From: an uncultured Actinomycetota bacterium
GTDB taxonomy: Bacteria > Actinomycetota > Thermoleophilia > Solirubrobacterales > Solirubrobacteraceae
Assembly (NCBI GenBank): GCA_963708835.1
Contig: CAVPUB010000002.1
Location: 216,512 to 280,511 of the forward strand
Length of the DNA: 64,000 bases
Direction of reading: 5' to 3'
Under the pieces are notes generated by a model. The model was given only the letters and a program-made list of their open reading frames with translations. It ran no database searches and was not told where the DNA came from. Every line of letters starts with the position of its first letter. Positions within the stretch are counted from its first letter, which is position 1. Below are positions 60,419-64,000 of the stretch, in pieces. Made by a program: the position numbers and the translations under genes.

Positions 60419-61357
60419 ATGAGGGTCTTGGTTGCAGGAGCCAGCGGAGCGATCGGACGTCAGCTGCTCCCCCTGCTCGACGCGGTGGGTCACGAGACCA
60501 TCGCGCTGGTGCACCGCACGCCGGTCGAGGTCGAGCACGGCCATGTGGTCGCGGCCGACGCGCTTGACCGTGACGCGCTCGTCACCGCCGTGTCGGAGTT
60601 CGAGCCCGAGGTGGTGGTCAACCTGCTCACCGCCATCCCCCACAACCTCAACGTCCGCAAGTTCGAGCAGGAGTTTGAGAAGACCAACCGCCTACGGACC
60701 GAGGGCACCGCCAACCTCGTGGTGGCCACCGGCGGCGTGCGGATGATCTCCGAGTCGGTGGCGTTCGGCTACGCGCCGGCGCCAGGGCTCATCGCCGATG
60801 AGAGCAAGCCGCTGTGGGAGGACGGGCCCAAGGCATTTCGCCCGGCCGTCGAGGCACTCAAGGAGCTCGAGCGGATCACCGCCGAGACCGGCGGCGTCAC
60901 CTTGCGCTTCGGCAGCCTCGTCGGCCCGGGCACCAGCTTCGCGCCCGACGGGATGATGATCACCGCGATGCGCGGCGGCAAGATGCCGATCGTCGGGGAC
61001 GGATCGGGCACCTTCTCGTTCGTGCACACGCACGATGCGGCGACGGCGATCGTCGCGGCGCTGGAGCGGCCCGAGGTGCGCGGTGTCCTGAACATCGTCG
61101 ATGACGCCCCGTTGCCCGCGCGTGACTGGATGCCCGAGCTCGCCCGGATGATCGGGGCCCCGAAGCCCAAGCGCGTGCCCCAATGGCTGGCACGGCTGGT
61201 GGCCGGGAGCTGGGGCGTGGCCTTCATGAACAGGATGGTCGGGGCCACCAACGCCCGGGCCAAGGCCGAGCTGCACTGGCGGCCGCGGTACGCGCGCGTC
61301 CAGGAGGCGTGGGCCGCGGACCTGTCCGGGGTGGTGGCACCATCGGTAGCGGTGTGA
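60419..61357 (+). CDS. NAD-dependent epimerase/dehydratase (extended SDR)
   Basis: MRVLVAGASGAIGRQL Rossmann motif. 312 aa. Confidence 0.85.
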   Translation: MRVLVAGASGAIGRQLLPLLDAVGHETIALVHRTPVEVEHGHVVAADALDRDALVTAVSEFEPEVVVNLLTAIPHNLNVRKFEQEFEKTNRLRTEGTANLVVATGGVRMISESVAFGYAPAPGLIADESKPLWEDGPKAFRPAVEALKELERITAETGGVTLRFGSLVGPGTSFAPDGMMITAMRGGKMPIVGDGSGTFSFVHTHDAATAIVAALERPEVRGVLNIVDDAPLPARDWMPELARMIGAPKPKRVPQWLARLVAGSWGVAFMNRMVGATNARAKAELHWRPRYARVQEAWAADLSGVVAPSVAV

Positions 61358-62292
61358 CCGACAACCACGTGACCACCGGCGGGCCTGCCGCCGGCGACGA
61401 CGACGGGAGCGCGGCGTTCATCGCGCTGCGCCCCCGTCTGCTCGGCATCGCCTACCGGCTGCTCGGCAGCATGTGGGACGCCGAGGACGTCGTCGCCGAC
61501 GCCATGGTCCGCTGGCTGGGCACCGATCGCAGCCAGGTCCGGGAGCCGGCCGCGTTCCTCACGACGGTGGTGAGCCGGCTGGCCCTGGACCAGCTGCGCT
61601 CGGCGCGCGCGACCCGCGAGACCTACACCGGACCGTGGCTGCCCGAGCCGGTCATCGCCGACGAGACCCTGGATCCGCTCGACAGCCTGGTCAAGCGCGA
61701 CACGCTCTCGCTGGCGACGCTGCGCCTCATGGAGCAGCTCACCCCACCCGAGCGCGCCGTCTTCGTGCTGCGCGAGGCCTTCGACGTCCCCTACGCGCAG
61801 ATCGCCGAGATCCTCGACGTGTCCGAGAGCAACGCCCGGCAGTTGCTGCACCGCGCCCAGACCCGCCTGGGCGAGCGGCGCCGGCGCACCGAAGCCGACG
61901 AGGCGCAGGCCGCCGCGCTGCTCGAGCGGCTGCTGTGGGCCGCCGGCGAGGGCAAGCTCCAGGAGCTCGAGGAGATGCTGGCCGCCGACGTCGTCTCCTA
62001 TAACGACGGCGGTGGCAGAGCGCGGGCGGCGCTGGTGCCGGTCGTCGGGCGCAAGAAGATCATGGCCTTCATGGGCGGGCTGCGCCGGCGCTTCGGGCCC
62101 ACCAGGTATGTCCGGATCCTTCAGGTCAACGGCCAGCCGGCCGCTCAGTTCTCCCTGGGCGGGCAGGATGCGCTGGCCACGCTCGAGGTCCGCGACGGCA
62201 AGATCGTCTCGATCTTCACCGTGCTCAACCCGGACAAGCTGTCCTACCTGTACCGGCAGACCGGGGGGCCGCCGGTGGCCGAGGGCGGGTAG
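61354..62292 (+). CDS. ECF41-group sigma factor (SigJ-like) with fused C-terminal SnoaL-like regulatory domain
   Basis: GTGA overlap with the epimerase stop. Sigma regions 2 and 4, plus ECF41 signatures GPWLPEP, NDGGGR and LNPDKL. Confidence 0.85.
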   Translation: MTDNHVTTGGPAAGDDDGSAAFIALRPRLLGIAYRLLGSMWDAEDVVADAMVRWLGTDRSQVREPAAFLTTVVSRLALDQLRSARATRETYTGPWLPEPVIADETLDPLDSLVKRDTLSLATLRLMEQLTPPERAVFVLREAFDVPYAQIAEILDVSESNARQLLHRAQTRLGERRRRTEADEAQAAALLERLLWAAGEGKLQELEEMLAADVVSYNDGGGRARAALVPVVGRKKIMAFMGGLRRRFGPTRYVRILQVNGQPAAQFSLGGQDALATLEVRDGKIVSIFTVLNPDKLSYLYRQTGGPPVAEGG

Positions 62293-62316
62293 CCGCCCCC
62301 AGCCACGCGGGGCCGC

Positions 62317-63828
62317 TCAGGCGGCCTCGGAGATGAGCTCCTCGCGCAGGCGCGGCGCGTCGTCGCGCTCGGCGACCTCGGCGGGGGCCTGGCCGAGCGC
62401 CCGCGCCGGGGTCAGGATGACCAGGCCGGCCACGACCGCGGCGATGACCAGGCCGGCACCGATGACCAGCGCCAGGTGCAGCCCACTGGAGATCGCGTCC
62501 GCCGACCCGGCGCCGGTGGCCAGGACGTCCTTGGCCCGGCTCGCCGACAACGTCGCCAGCACGGCCAGGCCCAGTGCACCACCCACCTGCATCGAGGTGT
62601 TGACCAGCCCCGAGGCCAGGCCGGCTTCGTGGGGCTCGGCGCCCGACATGGCGATCGTCATCAGCGAGGGGAAGCTGAGCCCCGCGCCAACGCCCAGCAG
62701 CAGCATCACCGGCAGCAGGCGCGTGACGTAGTCGGCGTGCACGGGCGCAGCGGCGAACAGCAGCAGGCCGGCCGCCATCAGCACCAGTCCCGGGAGCAGG
62801 GTGGCCCGCGGCCCGATCTTCATGTTGAGCTGCGGCGCGACGAACAGGGAGAACGTCCCGATCGACAACGCCACCGGGAGATACGCCAGCCCCACCTGGA
62901 GCGGGTCGTAGCCCAGTACGCGCTGCATGTAGACGGCGCCCAGGAAGAACATCCCGAAGATGCCGGCGATCATCAGCGCCTGCACCAGGTTGGCTCCCGA
63001 GACGTTGCGGCTGCGGAAGATCCGCAGAGGGATGAGCGGCGTGCGCGCGGTCGCTTCGCGGACCAGGAACGCGGCCAGGATGGCCACGGTGACGACGCCG
63101 AGAATCAGCGTGTGCGCCGAGCCCCAGCCGTAGTCGGTGGTCTTGACGATCGTGTAGACGGCGAGCATCAGCGCCCCCGTGACCAGGGTGGCCCCGGGCA
63201 GGTCGGCTCCGGCACGGATGCCGATGCCCTCGTCGGCGGTGACGACGCGGAGCGCCAGCAGGCTCCCCAACACGCCGATGGGCAGGTTGACGAAGAAGAT
63301 CCAGTGCCAGTCCAGGGCCTGGGTCAGGACGCCTCCGGCCAGGAGGCCGATGGAGGCGCCGCCCGCCGCCACGAAGCTGAACACGCCCATTGCCTTGGCC
63401 TGCTCACGGGGCTCCGGGAACATCGTGACGATCATGCCCAGGATGACCGAGGAGGTCAGCGCGCCGCCGGCGCCCTGGACGAACCGCGCGCCGACGAGCA
63501 GCGCCTGGCTGTCCGCCAGACCGCACAGTGCCGAGGCCACGGTGAAGACGGCCAGGCCGGTGAGGAACACGCGCTTGCGCCCCACCAGGTCGCCCAGCCG
63601 GCCGGCCAGCAGCAGCAGCCCGCCGAACGCGATCAGGTACGCGTTGACGACCCACGCCAGGCTCGACGTGGAGAACTTCAGGTCATGCTGGATCGAGGGC
63701 AGCGCCACGTTCACGATCGTCTGATCCAGCACGATCATCAGCATTCCGACGCACAACACCACCAGTGCGATCCAGCGAGACCGATCGCTCGGTGGCGCCT
63801 CCGCTTGCTTGAGCTCCATCACTGACAT
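62317..63828 (-). CDS. DHA2-family MFS drug/H+ antiporter (EmrB/QacA-like)
   Basis: LDQTIVNVALPSIQHDL N-terminus and 14-TM pattern. GAGGAG SD upstream. Confidence 0.85.
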   Translation of the reverse strand: MSVMELKQAEAPPSDRSRWIALVVLCVGMLMIVLDQTIVNVALPSIQHDLKFSTSSLAWVVNAYLIAFGGLLLLAGRLGDLVGRKRVFLTGLAVFTVASALCGLADSQALLVGARFVQGAGGALTSSVILGMIVTMFPEPREQAKAMGVFSFVAAGGASIGLLAGGVLTQALDWHWIFFVNLPIGVLGSLLALRVVTADEGIGIRAGADLPGATLVTGALMLAVYTIVKTTDYGWGSAHTLILGVVTVAILAAFLVREATARTPLIPLRIFRSRNVSGANLVQALMIAGIFGMFFLGAVYMQRVLGYDPLQVGLAYLPVALSIGTFSLFVAPQLNMKIGPRATLLPGLVLMAAGLLLFAAAPVHADYVTRLLPVMLLLGVGAGLSFPSLMTIAMSGAEPHEAGLASGLVNTSMQVGGALGLAVLATLSASRAKDVLATGAGSADAISSGLHLALVIGAGLVIAAVVAGLVILTPARALGQAPAEVAERDDAPRLREELISEAA

Positions 63829-64000
63829 CCCAGACTCCTCTCGCTACCGAAATTCGTTTGTTGTGGGATCACACCGTATCAGATAGTTCCGTACAAGATC
63901 ATCTCAGTGCGAACTGTAATGATCTGGCGAGATTCGGTGCGTATGTCAGTGCGACGAACGAGAGGGCCCGAGAGGGACACGGGTTTGCCGCGGCCGCCCC

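Overview
The window is a very GC-rich chromosomal segment (visually above 70% G+C; not computed). It is densely packed, with about 57 protein-coding genes on both strands. Many neighbouring genes share 4-nt ATGA or GTGA start/stop overlaps.

Gene content points to Actinomycetota: a fused PafBC-type WYL regulator, an RqlH-like RecQ helicase, an ECF41 sigma factor, several DHA2 MFS pumps and leaderless-looking starts. A Thermoleophilia/Solirubrobacterales-like origin is only a guess.

I found no rRNA, tRNA, CRISPR array, transposase, integrase or phage genes, so this reads as core or accessory metabolism rather than a mobile island.

Functional blocks, in order:
- VOC protein, NlpC/P60 lipoprotein, OB-HD nuclease-like protein, PafBC
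- PPOX-like protein plus sugar-1-P nucleotidyltransferase, bracketed by a 20-nt AT-rich palindromic repeat
- GH31, DUF480 and GNAT operon, divergent from a PHP-GT4 fusion
- ECF sigma, membrane protein and RqlH-like helicase
- acyl-CoA ligase, FHA protein, TMEM175-like channel, GlcD-like oxidase
- aguAB plus a large LuxR/LAL regulator
- a 7-gene peptide-type ABC operon
- a decayed hydrolase gene, an MDR oxidoreductase, a coupled pair of unknowns, a secreted serine-hydrolase-like protein and a GGDEF-EAL protein
- MFS pumps, one carrying a fused MarR domain
- an IclR gene divergent from a GntR-led 7-gene operon that looks like a non-canonical gallate/protocatechuate-type meta-cleavage pathway
- lutABC
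- an MhqR-like MarR, dioxygenase and esterase quinone-detoxification module with a shared 17-nt operator
- nadE
- an epimerase and ECF41 sigma operon with a textbook TGTCACA-N16-CGTC promoter

The most novel-looking items are the hybrid aromatic-cleavage operon, the AT-rich palindrome pair, the MFS-MarR and PHP-GT4 fusions, and a structured 234-nt convergent intergenic region. I see no convincing defence or mobile system. All functional calls rest on motif and family recognition by eye, and no searches were run.
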